Positions 46,401 through 58,375 of a stretch of DNA of 64,000 nucleotides are shown here, piece by piece. Origin of the DNA: Albugo candida (taxonomy: Eukaryota); the NCBI GenBank assembly GCA_040437565.1, contig JBDOQK010000031.1:1-64000 (forward strand). Reading direction: 5' to 3'. Each line of letters opens with the position of its first letter. Within the stretch, counting starts at the first letter, position 1. The position numbers and the translations under genes are program-made. The notes below the pieces were generated by a model. It worked only from the letters and a program-made list of their open reading frames with translations, had not been told where the DNA came from and did not search any database.

Positions 46401-48247
46401 CTGATCTGTTTGTTGCTGTTCAATTTGTCAAGACGATCGTTTTAAACAAGAGGCCCAAGGACCGAGAAAGAGATGTCACGATCATCAGGTGCTACCAGTC
46501 AATAAAAGACTTTTCTATCACGACAAACTTGAACCACACTATGACCAAAGCCATAATTATACCGTTTAGATTCTCATCCGAGAAAAAATTAAAACTTGAC
46601 GCATCGCATATTACATCGACCTTTGGATGCATCAGTGTCAAAATCGTCAAGGTGAAATGCGAGATAACAGACACAAAATTGTTGAATTCTATAGCTTTCG
46701 ACATACTTGTGACTTTATTGGATATGCTGAAACGATCTTTATCTTGTGATCAGTCAGGCCATATCTTCTGCATGCCGAGTCTCAATACTTAGATGCAATA
46801 AAACGCTCATCTGCTTAGTTGGGAAAGAATTTGCTTCGGGGCGCTAGTTGGTCACTATGGCTCATTACGTAATCGAAATCTCCGAGGGTTAATTGCAGCA
46901 TCGCTGTCGGCAAGAATATTGACATGAGCGATTTTTCATCAACTTAATTTTTGAAGGGCGTGAAGTACAAATGCAACGAAGAAGGTACATCACAATGCCG
47001 CTGTGAATAAAAGGCATTACAAAATGGAATTCTTATGCTGACCTTCACACAATTGCTAAAACCATAGTAGACCAAGCTTTATTGATATTCGACCCGGACA
47101 TACTAAATTGATGTATCTGACCCGTGCAAACCAGATGGTCACTTTGCTCAGTACAAATTCCGATACCCTCCTATAGTCGCATTGACTTACCCTGCTGCTC
47201 AGCCAATTGCTTCTTTTGCACTGTAGCCAACGCAAATCCATTATAGACCTACACCATCGCTTTATAGCTATATGACTTCTTCCTACTATGCGTTCTATGC
47301 GATATTGTTCTCTCAAGATGAAGGCATTGAAATCTAAGCGTGACCTCTTATTGTTTCTTGTATCTTTCGTAGATGCTTCATGACATTGCGATGATTGCAT
47401 TTCCTTTTACTTGCAGTCAGAAGCGCAAGCTTCCTATTCGTGATTCTATTGCAGGTGAGGAGACAACATCTAATCTCCTTCTTTTCCTCCAACAAAGCCA
47501 CGAAGCAGGCTGAAGATGAGGTACTTGAATATGTGATGATTATTACAGGCTGTAGAGGCATACGGAGACAATTCGTTTTGTAGACGCACGCAAAGATGGT
47601 TACAAGTCAAGTTGATGGATGTAGGACGGCTAAAGAAGAGCCTTGCGATTTCCGGGGTACCCCAGCAGCAATATCAACAGAAGTCAGACATTCTAATTTC
47701 ATCAAGCGGTTTTATTCGATAGCGGAGATCTACCCCAACATAATAGCCACTACATCGTGAGCACCTCCTTCTTTGTTACTTTCTTTGTCAGAACTGAGGA
47801 AAATCTGACTCGGCCTTGTCTCGTTTGCATCTCACCTATGGCGATAACGACAATGAACCAAGGTGAGTCGTATTTATAGAATGCTTCAGCACTCGCCTTT
47901 CTTGATATTGGCAATTATTTCCGCCTTCTCCACAAAAAGTATTCTTCCACGTTGGATAAACGTTTGCTAAATCGAATTGATGCGTCATTGTGATCCATAT
48001 CTCGCAATAATACTGCAAGACACTCACCTTCCCAGGTCGAACAGTATCCAGTTCACTCAACGCCACTTGTAATTCACGTATCTATCCATCACATTCCTCA
48101 CATGCTCACGCATTCCGTCAGCATGGATCGAACCTGTTTGTCCAGTGTACTTGCCCGATGCATTTCTTTCCATTTCGCAGTCATCATGCGTACTTAAGCA
48201 AAATACATCAATCTCCCTTCTGATTGGATATATTATTGTCCAATCGA

Positions 48248-50103
48248 ATGGCAATGTCCGAAGAGGAAGAGTTTGGTCACATTTCAGATGATACCGAGGG
48301 TTTAGTGCATTGCGATCAAGCAATCGTGCAAGATCATCCGGATTTCAGGCTATACGATGAAGAACAAGTGCACAATGCAACTCTCCAGCCAGGAAATGCT
48401 CTCAACAATGTCCTTAAACAGCTTCCAGAGCAAAAAGACCTTCATCGTTGGAAAGTCATGACTGTCCAGCTCCGGCCGGATCGTTCCTGGCCCATCCTCA
48501 GAGACTTGATTACTACTGTATGCATGGCTCGAGGATTACTGGTCTCCTCTGAGGACTCTCATAGCGTCACATACACTCGTCGAATGGTAATCACTCCGTT
48601 TTCGCATGCAAATGTGATGGCCCAGGGCCAAAGCCGGGTCGCAAATGCTGAAGATAACGGGGGAAAAAGAGAGACACAAAATGGAACCATTATGATTCTG
48701 TATGTACACATAGGCGTCAGTGCCTCCAAACTTCGAGTTTTGACACTTTGTACGACATTTTATAACGAGAACAAATTTCTAAACACATTATCCGGTCCGC
48801 TGAAAAATGGGGAAGCCATCACCCGAGAATTATATCAAATTCTGGTGGATTTACAATCGCTTCTGATTAAGCAGTATCTCCCACTGACAAATTTGTTTAT
48901 GAAAACACCTGAAAATACAATCGCTAATCAAATCGATGGTACAAGCTGTTCTTTCAGACGGAGGCGAGTCTTATTGTTCCCATAGATATCGCGTTGGACG
49001 AAGGATACACAGCCGATGTGCGACGAATGTATCAGAGGTACCATCCGCGACGCGCTTTGTGACTCCAATTGTATCAATCGTTCACTTTGTCAGTGAGATG
49101 AAACAAAATTTGCGAGAACTTTGCATCCCGTTAGAGGAGTATGCGTATGATCAGGAGTATGCATGTGCTCTCCTTTTGGGTCTTCTAGATCCGCTTATAA
49201 AGAAGCACTCTATTGACCTTCAAGCAGCTCAAGAGATCACACAAACTACGCCCGAGAAGCTCATGGAGCAATCTCTCACGAATCAAAAGCCGGATGCCGA
49301 TACCCATGTCCTCGAGCAACAACCGACCAATCCGAACGACCCAATCTACGGTCAAATCATCAATCGCAAAGTTCATGAGCTGTGGAATCATTGTGAGCAA
49401 GAATGTAATGCAAAACTGAAGGAGAAAATCCGCGAAAAAAAAAATCAGATTTCCGCCAAAGCGAATTCCGCGAGACGCCTTCGTCGCAATGCCATCGAAT
49501 CAATCGTTCAGAGGTGAGTGATGTGTTTGACAAAAAATGCGGTTTTTGACGTTCAATGAATTCAGCGAACAAGTCGAAGTGACAACTCTGCGACCATGTC
49601 GCATTGGCGATCGGTACCACATCACAGCCTCTTGCGTTCCATACAATTACCCTGTTTCTGCAGATTGGATGTTCTCCTGTATGAATGCACTTGTATGGTC
49701 AACAGCATACCTTCCAAGCTCCATGTGACGTATGGGTACGTAGACCTCGACCACCAAGTAGTTTCTGATACTTTTTCTGCGTAGCGGTCTCATCTACCAA
49801 ACACTGATTCCTTTTTTCTCCAGGACTGTGGATGTTCCAATCACAAATGTAAAGGAGGTCGTCAAGAGTCAAACACTGGGAATTCGCATGATTTCTCTTC
49901 ATGAATGTGGTTCCGAACGAAAAACAACGACGATTGCTAAAGGCATTGAGATCGATCTTCTCTATGAATTACTCGTTGAGGTGCGTACGACGTCCAGCGA
50001 TTCATTGTGATTTACACACGGCATGCAGATCCACTCCATTCACACTGAAAAAAGTCGAAACACAAGCGTAGAGCCTGCACAAACAACACGCGAGGAATTG
50101 TAA
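48248..50103 (+). CDS. Multi-exon hypothetical protein with a coiled coil and a possible C-terminal GRAM/PH-like domain
   Basis: Long ORFs at 48224-48985 and 48936-49517 are joined by short introns. Terminal exons 'IPSKLHVTYG..LIYQTLIPFFSRTVDVPITNVKEVVK' resemble GRAM beta strands. Confidence 0.55.
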
Positions 50104-50138
50104 CACAAAATGAATGCTATATTTTTGTTTTTCTTTCG

Positions 50139-51890
50139 CTATTGCACATTAAAATTTCGCGTTTTCATTCCTAATTGTCGCATTTCATCCTCGAAATCTG
50201 GTGAGCAGCTTTTAGCGGCATGATCGAGACGTATCGTTCCGGAAGGCGAGGAATCTGAGCTTGTAGTTGAATCTTCGGCGCTGAAATCGAGATCATCGAC
50301 AATCATTTGTGGGTCTGAAGTCGGGATCAAAAATAAGAAGAAAAGCGGAACAATTTTCATCAGACTTCGAATCAAAACTGCACACCATAAATACTGATAT
50401 GATGTACGTGAGATATCGAGATACGAAGCTATAATAGCGCCCAGAAATTCACTGACGCTAAATGAAAAGTTGGAGATCGACATCAAGAGCGCAAACATTG
50501 TCCCTTCCACTCCTTTCGGACACAATTTCGAGCTCAACACCAAAACTGGCATAGCTTTCAATCGCCCAATTACGTCCACAATGACAGTATCTCCGAGTAC
50601 GAAAATCTGATCGGGAATTCCCAGCTTGAGATTCGTTCTTGTCACCAAAAGAATATCCAACGCAGAGATAGCTGCAAGACTCAATTGAGAGATGAAAAAA
50701 ATCCTCCGAAACGAAATTTGCTTGAAAAATGAATTGTACAAAAGGGTTCCAAGCAGTAAAAAGACAAATCCAAGAGCACTTATCGATCCAAGAAATTCGG
50801 GTGTGAAATGAAGTACTTCGGTCGCGTAATAAAACTGAATCTGTGAAAAGCTTGGGACCACTGCATGCGAAAGAAAGATCCAAAGTGCGCATTTCCAAAT
50901 CACAGGTGTGCCAATCGCTTCTTTCAAATGTCGAAGCTGTCGCGTTGCCGAATTCATACACATGTTGGTGGCATTTGATACCTTTTTCTCTGTCATACGG
51001 AGAGCCATTATAAAGACGAGAAGAGGGCCAACAGCAGCGAAGAAGAAGGACGCTCGAACACCAAGAGTATCGGTTGCTGGACCCGATAAGGTCGATCCTA
51101 TGACTCCGCCGATGGCCATCGCGCCCCATGAAACAGACTGAAGATCATTTGCGCCATTCACGGGATCCAAACGGGATACTTCCACCACACGGGCATCAAT
51201 GACCACATCGATGAAAGCGATTGCAAAGCTTTGAATCGTTAGCACTACCACTGATCCAAAAGGCGTTGTGATCCCATTGGGAATCGAAAGTATCAAAAAG
51301 GTCCAAAGTCCAATAAAACTGCAAATAATTATATACGATTTTCGGTGGTACTGGAAGAGAGGTAAACTGTCAGACATTATACCATATAACGGTTTGATTC
51401 CCCATGGAAATAACACGAGCGTTAATAAAGCTTGTGATTGTGCTGGTTCTAAGCCCAAATTATCTTTGAAAAAGTAGTTGAGTGCCAGTTTACTAAAGCT
51501 CATAAAACCTTGCGCGCAGTACACAGTGGCTACAAGTAGCACAAAAAACGTTCCGAATGTTCGTTGTAGTCTCTGTGTCCATTGTTGGATCTGTTCGAAG
51601 TACGTCAAGTCTCTTAATGTGGTCATGGAGCTGTCTTGAACATTTTTCTCGACATCCTTATCGAGTTCTCGTTTTTTGATGGTCGAAGGAGAAGTCTCGT
51701 CCGAGATAATAGAGTTTGTGCCGCAATTAACTGTGACTTGGGTTGCTGCAGAGTCTGCCGACACTGGGGAGCCGAAAGAAGGCTCGCGAGTGTAACTCAG
51801 TGGCGTTTGTATTTGGGACAACCGCGGTGATCGAAGGACCCGTTTTCGAGCGTTCGAAGTGGTTGGGTCCTCTATACATTCTTGCATCAT
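50139..51890 (-). CDS. Folate-biopterin transporter (FBT/BT1 family, MFS)
   Basis: 'YFFKDNLGLEPAQ', 'PWGIKPLYGIMSDSLPLFQYHRKSY', 'DVVIDARVVE' and 'KLCPKGVEGTMFALLMSISN', with about 12 hydrophobic helices. Confidence 0.92.
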   Translation of the reverse strand: MMQECIEDPTTSNARKRVLRSPRLSQIQTPLSYTREPSFGSPVSADSAATQVTVNCGTNSIISDETSPSTIKKRELDKDVEKNVQDSSMTTLRDLTYFEQIQQWTQRLQRTFGTFFVLLVATVYCAQGFMSFSKLALNYFFKDNLGLEPAQSQALLTLVLFPWGIKPLYGIMSDSLPLFQYHRKSYIIICSFIGLWTFLILSIPNGITTPFGSVVVLTIQSFAIAFIDVVIDARVVEVSRLDPVNGANDLQSVSWGAMAIGGVIGSTLSGPATDTLGVRASFFFAAVGPLLVFIMALRMTEKKVSNATNMCMNSATRQLRHLKEAIGTPVIWKCALWIFLSHAVVPSFSQIQFYYATEVLHFTPEFLGSISALGFVFLLLGTLLYNSFFKQISFRRIFFISQLSLAAISALDILLVTRTNLKLGIPDQIFVLGDTVIVDVIGRLKAMPVLVLSSKLCPKGVEGTMFALLMSISNFSFSVSEFLGAIIASYLDISRTSYQYLWCAVLIRSLMKIVPLFFLFLIPTSDPQMIVDDLDFSAEDSTTSSDSSPSGTIRLDHAAKSCSPDFEDEMRQLGMKTRNFNVQ

Positions 51891-52192
51891 TATCAGATCA
51901 CACAAACTTAAGTACAACAGCTTTTTGATTCTATGAACTCGCTATTAGGGTGAAAAGTGTGGTTGCATGAGTAACTCTCTTCATGGAGCGTTGCTAAGCC
52001 TACACCTCGCGAATTTTACTACCAATCCGTAAGCGATTAGAGCCAGACCCCTAGTTGCGGGAAGGGTAAGGATTATTTCATCCAACTGAAAGATTGGAGA
52101 TAGGTACCCCAAACGCGAGAGTTGAGTCCGCTTTTCCTCGCCCCTCGCGATACTTTAGCACCTCAAATTTCTCACGCCATTTTTCATTCGCG

Positions 52193-54115
52193 ATGCGATT
52201 TTCTGCACGTTCATGGTGTGCCTGTGCTATCCTATTTGCACGGTCGGATGCGGCATTCTATATTCCGGGCGTTGCACCAGAATCTTGGGCTGAAGGGGAG
52301 TCGATCAAGCTGGAAGTGAATAAGATCACGTCTACCAATACGTTGGTGCCATATGAGTACTATTATTTGCCTTTTTGCGCGCCGTTATCGACCAACGAAC
52401 AACATGAGAATCTGGGAGAAATCATGGCGGGGGATGCGATTATGGACTCGCTTTATATCATTGAAATGAACAAAAATACTCAATGTCGCGTTTTGTGTAA
52501 ACCTCGTGTGTATACAGCTAAAGAAAGTATGGAGTTTATCAGTAAAATTGGGGATGAGTATTATGCCCAGTGGATTGTCGATAATCTTCCCGTACTTTAT
52601 ACTAGCCCCCTTGATGCAGAGACGGCTACTGATACACAACCAATTCATCGACGTGGATTTCCAATCGGTGAAGTAGATGACAACGGTTACATGTTAAACA
52701 ATCATGTTCGTATCACACTTCTTATTAATGAAGATCCTTATGTAAGCGAATCAGACACTATGAAGTGGAGAATCGTTGGATTCGAGGTCGTACCGACGTC
52801 TATCGAGCATGATGCTGCCAAAGACCCTGTTCCAGGAGAAGAACTTGACCCAGCTGTATGTGGTGCGCACGGTAGTCCCGAATCGCATCAGTATCTAAGT
52901 CCGGAGAAACCAACTAAAGTCTTATACACATACGATGTCAACTTTGTTAAATCCGATATCTTATGGGAAGAGCGTTGGGATCGAATTATCAGCAGTAAGA
53001 GCTCCAATGACCGCATTCATTGGTTTGCCATTGTGAACTCCTCCATGATCGTTTTGTTTCTTACGGGAATGGTTGCCATGATCATGTTACGAGCCCTTCA
53101 TCGCGATATCATGAAATATAATGAGGTTGCATCGAGTGAAGACGCACAAGAAGAGACCGGATGGAAGCTCGTGCACGGCGATGTATTTCGTCCACCACTG
53201 TACTCTCCATTGCTGTTTGCAGTTACCGTCGGTAGTGGCGTGCAAGTTTGCTGTATGAGTGGATCGACAATGGTGATTGCTTTATTGGGTCTTTTATCGC
53301 CAGCAAATCGTGGATCTCTGTTGACGACATTATTGCTTCTGTTTGTCTTCATGGGAAGTTTTGCGGGGTATTTTTCGTCTCGGACATACAAAATGTTTCA
53401 CGGAAAAGATTGGAAGCGAAACACACTCATGACGGCACTTTTGTATCCCGGAATTATGTTTACAATCTTTTTCGTGCTAAACACATTTCTGTGGGGAAAG
53501 CAGTCATCTCAATCGATTCCCTTTGGGACACTATTTGCGCTGTTGGTGTTATGGTTTGGTGTATCGGTACCACTGGTATTTCTGGGAAGTTATTTTGGAT
53601 TCAAAGCTCCAGCAATCGAGCATCCAGTTCGCACGAATCAGATCGCTCGACAAATTCCAGAGCAAGTTTGGTATCTATCTCCACCGTTCAGTATTTTAGT
53701 CGGTGGTATTTTACCGTTTGGGGCGGTCTTTATCGAGTTATTTTTCATCATGTCGGCGCTATGGCTACACCAAATTTATTACGTGTTTGGGTTTTTATTC
53801 CTCGTTGTCCTGATTTTGATTGCGACGTGCGCGGAGGTAGCGATCGTTCTGTGCTACTTTCATTTATGCGCTGAAGATCATCGATGGTGGTGGAATTCGT
53901 TCCTTACGTCTGGAACTGCAGCGATATACCTCTTTCTGTACTCAATTTTATACTTTATGACCAGACTCAACATCACGTCTTTCATCTCAGGGTTCTTATA
54001 CTTTGGTTATATGGCAATGATCTCGATCACTTTCTTTTTCATGACCGGTACGATTGGATTTTTTGCTTGTTTCTGGTTTACAAGAACAATTTACAGTTCT
54101 ATTCGTATCGATTAA
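52193..54115 (+). CDS. Transmembrane 9 superfamily protein (EMP70/TM9SF2/4-like)
   Basis: Signal peptide then 'FYIPGVAP', 'YYYLPFC', 'ENLGE', 'IHWFAIVNS', 'EETGWKLVHGDVFRPP', 'GGILPFGAVFIELFFI' and C-terminal 'IYSSIRID'. Confidence 0.95.
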   Translation: MRFSARSWCACAILFARSDAAFYIPGVAPESWAEGESIKLEVNKITSTNTLVPYEYYYLPFCAPLSTNEQHENLGEIMAGDAIMDSLYIIEMNKNTQCRVLCKPRVYTAKESMEFISKIGDEYYAQWIVDNLPVLYTSPLDAETATDTQPIHRRGFPIGEVDDNGYMLNNHVRITLLINEDPYVSESDTMKWRIVGFEVVPTSIEHDAAKDPVPGEELDPAVCGAHGSPESHQYLSPEKPTKVLYTYDVNFVKSDILWEERWDRIISSKSSNDRIHWFAIVNSSMIVLFLTGMVAMIMLRALHRDIMKYNEVASSEDAQEETGWKLVHGDVFRPPLYSPLLFAVTVGSGVQVCCMSGSTMVIALLGLLSPANRGSLLTTLLLLFVFMGSFAGYFSSRTYKMFHGKDWKRNTLMTALLYPGIMFTIFFVLNTFLWGKQSSQSIPFGTLFALLVLWFGVSVPLVFLGSYFGFKAPAIEHPVRTNQIARQIPEQVWYLSPPFSILVGGILPFGAVFIELFFIMSALWLHQIYYVFGFLFLVVLILIATCAEVAIVLCYFHLCAEDHRWWWNSFLTSGTAAIYLFLYSILYFMTRLNITSFISGFLYFGYMAMISITFFFMTGTIGFFACFWFTRTIYSSIRID

Positions 54116-55388
54116 GCGGCTATACTAGAAAAAGCGTACATGCTTGTCTTTCTTGGTAAGCATTAAATGATACTCAGACCAAGTATACTATTTGTCTTTG
54201 CTTGTGTATACGTATGAAGACAGTAGTGTAGCTTCTTTGCTCAAACTCTGCATGGTATAGCCAATTTCTTGTTGTCGAACCATTTTCCGTACCGACTCAA
54301 GTATCCAATCTAGTGAGCGAACATAAGAGCGGGGCGGGTGGTGCTTCTGGCGTACCGGCGCGTATGTAATGTATGTTACTACCGTACTTTAGAAAGAATA
54401 AACTTCAAGTCAAGTGGTTTTTGGTATGAACTGACCTGAATGAGTTTATGCGTTTTGGAACCGTTCAAGTTACTCCCAATCACGTGCGTGATCTGTGCAA
54501 ATTTCATCCCTGGTCGTCTGCCACGCACTTAGCAGAATTCACACAATATTATTTATGGAAAGCGCACCTTACATTACCGCCATGCTCTTCAATGAGGTTG
54601 GCTAAAAAGTATCTGCATTGACTTAGCGAGTGTCGAAAAGTTTATCTGGTAACCTACGATGACACTTTGCCACTTCGACCATTGAAAACGACGTTACATC
54701 CCTATGTAAGCAAAACTTAGTGACCATATACTTGTTAGCTTGATGCTGCGTACTTTAAACAGCTCGGTCTTTGGTTTCGTACGTGCGATTGTCTCTTCTA
54801 CTCACAAATTATTTATAGATGTACGACACAAAAGTTTATGCAATACGTTTCTGTCGCTTGGAGTCCTTGTCAGACGCCACATTTGCACGACGTTCATATC
54901 GCTGAACAGGACCGCTCGGACCATTGATACTAAACATTAGTACTTCGCTATTAACCAATACCTCCAGGTAGCCAGATGTACTGCACACTCATACGTGCGA
55001 CGACAATTTAGGCGGGAAAAGGTCAAGTGACGCACCAGGATGACGAGATAAACGGTGTACCACCGTGTAGAAGATTATATACTTTTTTCTGCCTCTTTCA
55101 TACAGAACTTTAATCCCTTTATGCATTATTTATCCCTATTCATATCGCCTGTCTTAGCAAGCCATTACGATTGGCTTACAAAAAAGGTAGAAGCTTTTGA
55201 GTAGCATGATAGAGCCTAGTACGGAGGGTTCAACCAATTATGTGTATAGAGAGAGCTATCAGTTGCTCTGAGCCACCTACAGTGTTGATTTTTTTCCTCT
55301 CCTTTTCCTTCATTTGGTACAAGGATTAACTACGATCCGTCGACCGAAACAAATATCACTTTTCCAATTGCGCCACGAAGAATATCAG

Positions 55389-56219
55389 ATGGAAGCAGAA
55401 GAAGTGAAAGCTGTACAGGTGTTTATTCCTGCGGCTCTCAATAGGCCCACACATACGTTGTACAATATCTTTACGCTAGTGCAGCCGGTCGAGCAGGAAT
55501 GGATGGTCAATCGACGGTACTCTCAATTCTTACAGCTTCGACGAGACCTCTGCGCGTGCCTCAGTAAAAATCAAAAGTGTCCTCGATGTCCGATAGTTCT
55601 GACTCAAATCCTCAAGTTTTCATTCCCTCACAGAACTCTCTTTCGAACAAATCGAGTTGTGAGGAAGCGTGTTAAAGTTCTCCAAAAATTTCTTCATCTT
55701 TTGATTGATTTAATTTATTTGGATGATACGCCACAGTGCGTCACATGCAGCCAAAGCATCAGAAATGTCATTCGGCCATTTTTGATTCGTGGCGCCCAAC
55801 CTGTGGGAAGCTCCGAGCTGACAGTGATCCAAAGCGCATTGTCGTTGCAATCGTATAAGGTAGCGCCCCGTTCAGAAAAGTCGAAAGGTGTGGCACCGCT
55901 GAACTTTGAGGCATCCTTTTCCTCAACCATTGAATCGGATGATTCGGATCAGAAAGTAGATCGATGGGACTCCTTACGCGAGGAGGAGAAGGCAGGATTT
56001 CTCAGATCAAGAAAGTATGGTGACGAACGGTGTTATGATCCCGCGCTGCCTCTGGAGGAAGCAATGAAAGAAGTCGTACTGGCTGAAGGACTTCCTTGCA
56101 CAAAAGAAGACGTTGTGGCTCGACTAAGTACGATGTGGCTAGCATACGAATCGACACCAGTTGAAAAATCTCGTCTATCTATGTATCCCCAGTCAAAGTC
56201 AAAGTTTAACCGTATCTGA
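55389..56219 (+). CDS. PX (phox homology) domain protein
   Basis: 'HTLYNI....EWMVNRRYSQFLQLRRDL', 'FPHRTLF' and 'VVRKRVKVLQKFLHLL'. Confidence 0.75.
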   Translation: MEAEEVKAVQVFIPAALNRPTHTLYNIFTLVQPVEQEWMVNRRYSQFLQLRRDLCACLSKNQKCPRCPIVLTQILKFSFPHRTLFRTNRVVRKRVKVLQKFLHLLIDLIYLDDTPQCVTCSQSIRNVIRPFLIRGAQPVGSSELTVIQSALSLQSYKVAPRSEKSKGVAPLNFEASFSSTIESDDSDQKVDRWDSLREEEKAGFLRSRKYGDERCYDPALPLEEAMKEVVLAEGLPCTKEDVVARLSTMWLAYESTPVEKSRLSMYPQSKSKFNRI

Positions 56220-56400
56220 TGTTTCTGAATATAAATGTATAAATCCAAACAATAGAGAGAATCAGATTCTAAAGAAGATTCTGAATCGTAGACTAGCTAG
56301 GTACAGTGAACTTAATTAGCGCCCTAGCCCTCATTTATCGAATTTCCTTTCCTATCAAAGCTCTGAACGCTCTGAAACCTTGAAGCGTGCGAGTTTGATC

Positions 56401-58272
56401 ATGATCTCACGTGTACTCATTTTTATTTCACTTATTCTTTGTATATGTCAAGTCGATGGACAGGTCGCTGCTCCAATTATTGTCCGTGGTAATAAATTGT
56501 ACAATGCTAAAACTAAGGAACGATTCGTCATCGTAGGAGTAAGACGTTTTCTAACGTAATTTATGCATCAACCTCTCAAAACAAGAATGATATTTTAGAT
56601 GACATATGAGTACGCAGTGAGCGATACATATTACACCAAATACTCAAAAGAAGTCCTCCGGACCAAACTTGCCGGTCTCAAATACAACACTCTACGTTTG
56701 TATGATGTTAATCCCGAAGAATCATACGATAAGTTCATGAAAGATATGGCCGAAATTAATGTCTATGTCATCATTTCTGTCTCCCCCGACAATAATCCAT
56801 ATTATGGAAAATACCGATATTCAACTATCGATCGAACGTTACCCGCTAATGGAAAGGATATGACCAAAACATGTTATCCTGCGTTATTGTTAGAGTACGG
56901 GAAAAAGGTACTTTTTTCTAATTCCTACTCAAAAATAGACTCAACTCATTCTCTGATTCCAGATTATCAAAAAGTTTGCAGTGCATGACAATCTCTTAGC
57001 CATATTAGTCGGTAATGAAATCCTCCAAGTGAATCTTAAAGCAGCTGCATGCGTAAAGCAATATGCCGCTGATTTGAAAAATTGGATGCGCGTTAATGGG
57101 AAGAAAATCCGACTGATTCCCTTAGCGTATGCCGCAGCCGATAGCAGTTATGGTGACATCATTGAGGATGCTGATAAGTATCATCTTCTTAAAATTCAAG
57201 GATTACTTTGTGGTGATCGTATGTCGAATGGAATGATGGTCAAGAGTATTGACATCTACTTGATCAATGAGTATCGTTTTTGCCCCAGCAGCACCTTCGC
57301 GGAAGCATATGAGCGATTCCTCACACTGGCCAAAGGCATTCCAATTGTAATGGCGTTTGGCGAGTATGGATGTAAATTGTCGAAAGGGGAACCACGAACG
57401 TGGGAAATGATTTCGTATCTGTATGATCCTCCATCCAAGACAAAAGGATTCTCTGAAGTATTCTCCGGAGGACTTGCGTATTCGTATGGTGAAGCCAAAC
57501 TGAGCTCAGCATCGCTTTTTCCCATGTTTACTGGCGGGTCGTCAGAAATTACTGGGAAACCGAGTGATAAGCCTTCCAAAGACTTTTACAATCTGAAACA
57601 AGCCTTGAGTAAGCATGAACCATTCCCAGACAAGGCTGAATGGACATCAAATACAATCTGCAAATGGGTACCTCCGCTGACGTATAAGATTGATCCAAAA
57701 AGCAGCATTGCATCAACGGGATTCATCCTTCCCAACTGTAATTCTCAGCAATTGACACCTAAGAAAGGTGAAACGTGGGTCACTCAAAGTCGGGAAGGAG
57801 CCATTTGCACCGATAAAGGGGCGCCTTGCGACGTTGCCATTCATGGTAAAGTTGGTACTACGCAGGAGAGTATTTGCGGTGAGTACGAAATAGAGAGCGG
57901 TGGTGGTACTTGTTCGAGTTCGAACGATTGTGGAAGCAATGGACAATGCGTGATCAATAAAGGTGTGGGCACTTGCCACTGTCTGGCGTGTTATACAGGA
58001 GCCGACTGTAGCATCAAAGACTCCAGCTCATGTCTCGAATTGACTAGCTCACCAAATGCGCCAAAATTCATTTTTATGGGCGTTGGAGTCTTCCTCATTG
58101 TCATGCTCTTTATATTCATGGCGCTCGGAATCCTCGCAAAAAAGAAAGCAAGCGGTAGGTTCGTTTTCATCTGATGTTTTCTGTATTAATTTCGTTTCGA
58201 ATAGTGTTATCGGAACTTCGCAGCGAAATGAAATCGCGTGGTTTTGCGCACAAACCCTCTGCAGTTATGTGA
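56401..58272 (+). CDS. GH72 beta-1,3-glucanosyltransferase (Gas/Gel-like) with an EGF-like domain and TM anchor, 4 exons
   Basis: Signal peptide, 'PIIVRGNKLYN..TKERFVIVG|MTY', 'NTLRLYDVNP', catalytic 'VGNEI' and 'FGEYGC', 'VFSGGLAYSY'. EGF-like 'CSSSNDCGSNGQC......TCHCLACYTGADC' and TM 'FIFMGVGVFLIVMLFIFMALGIL'. Confidence 0.88.
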
Positions 58273-58375
58273 GGAAGCGGTAGTGGTCTAAAATTGCGTT
58301 TAATACAAGTCGCTAGTTTTTTGTACATTTGCACGTGTGTTTTTGTATATATTGATTGGTTCCTTTAATTAAGGA

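Noticed and set aside
46492-46704. 'VICDASSF' resembling the Ty3/gypsy RNase H CDAS motif
   Set aside because: It is a single short motif with no neighbouring RT or integrase motifs and no LTRs found.
50458-53874. Long alternative-frame ORFs (50458-51129 and 53248-53874) overlapping FBT and TM9SF
   Set aside because: These are shadow ORFs of conserved membrane-protein genes with no independent protein-like features.
54116-55310. 1.2-kb intergenic stretch as a possible ncRNA or tRNA locus
   Set aside because: I found no cloverleaf, snoRNA box pair or convincing hairpin by eye. Infernal or tRNAscan would be needed.
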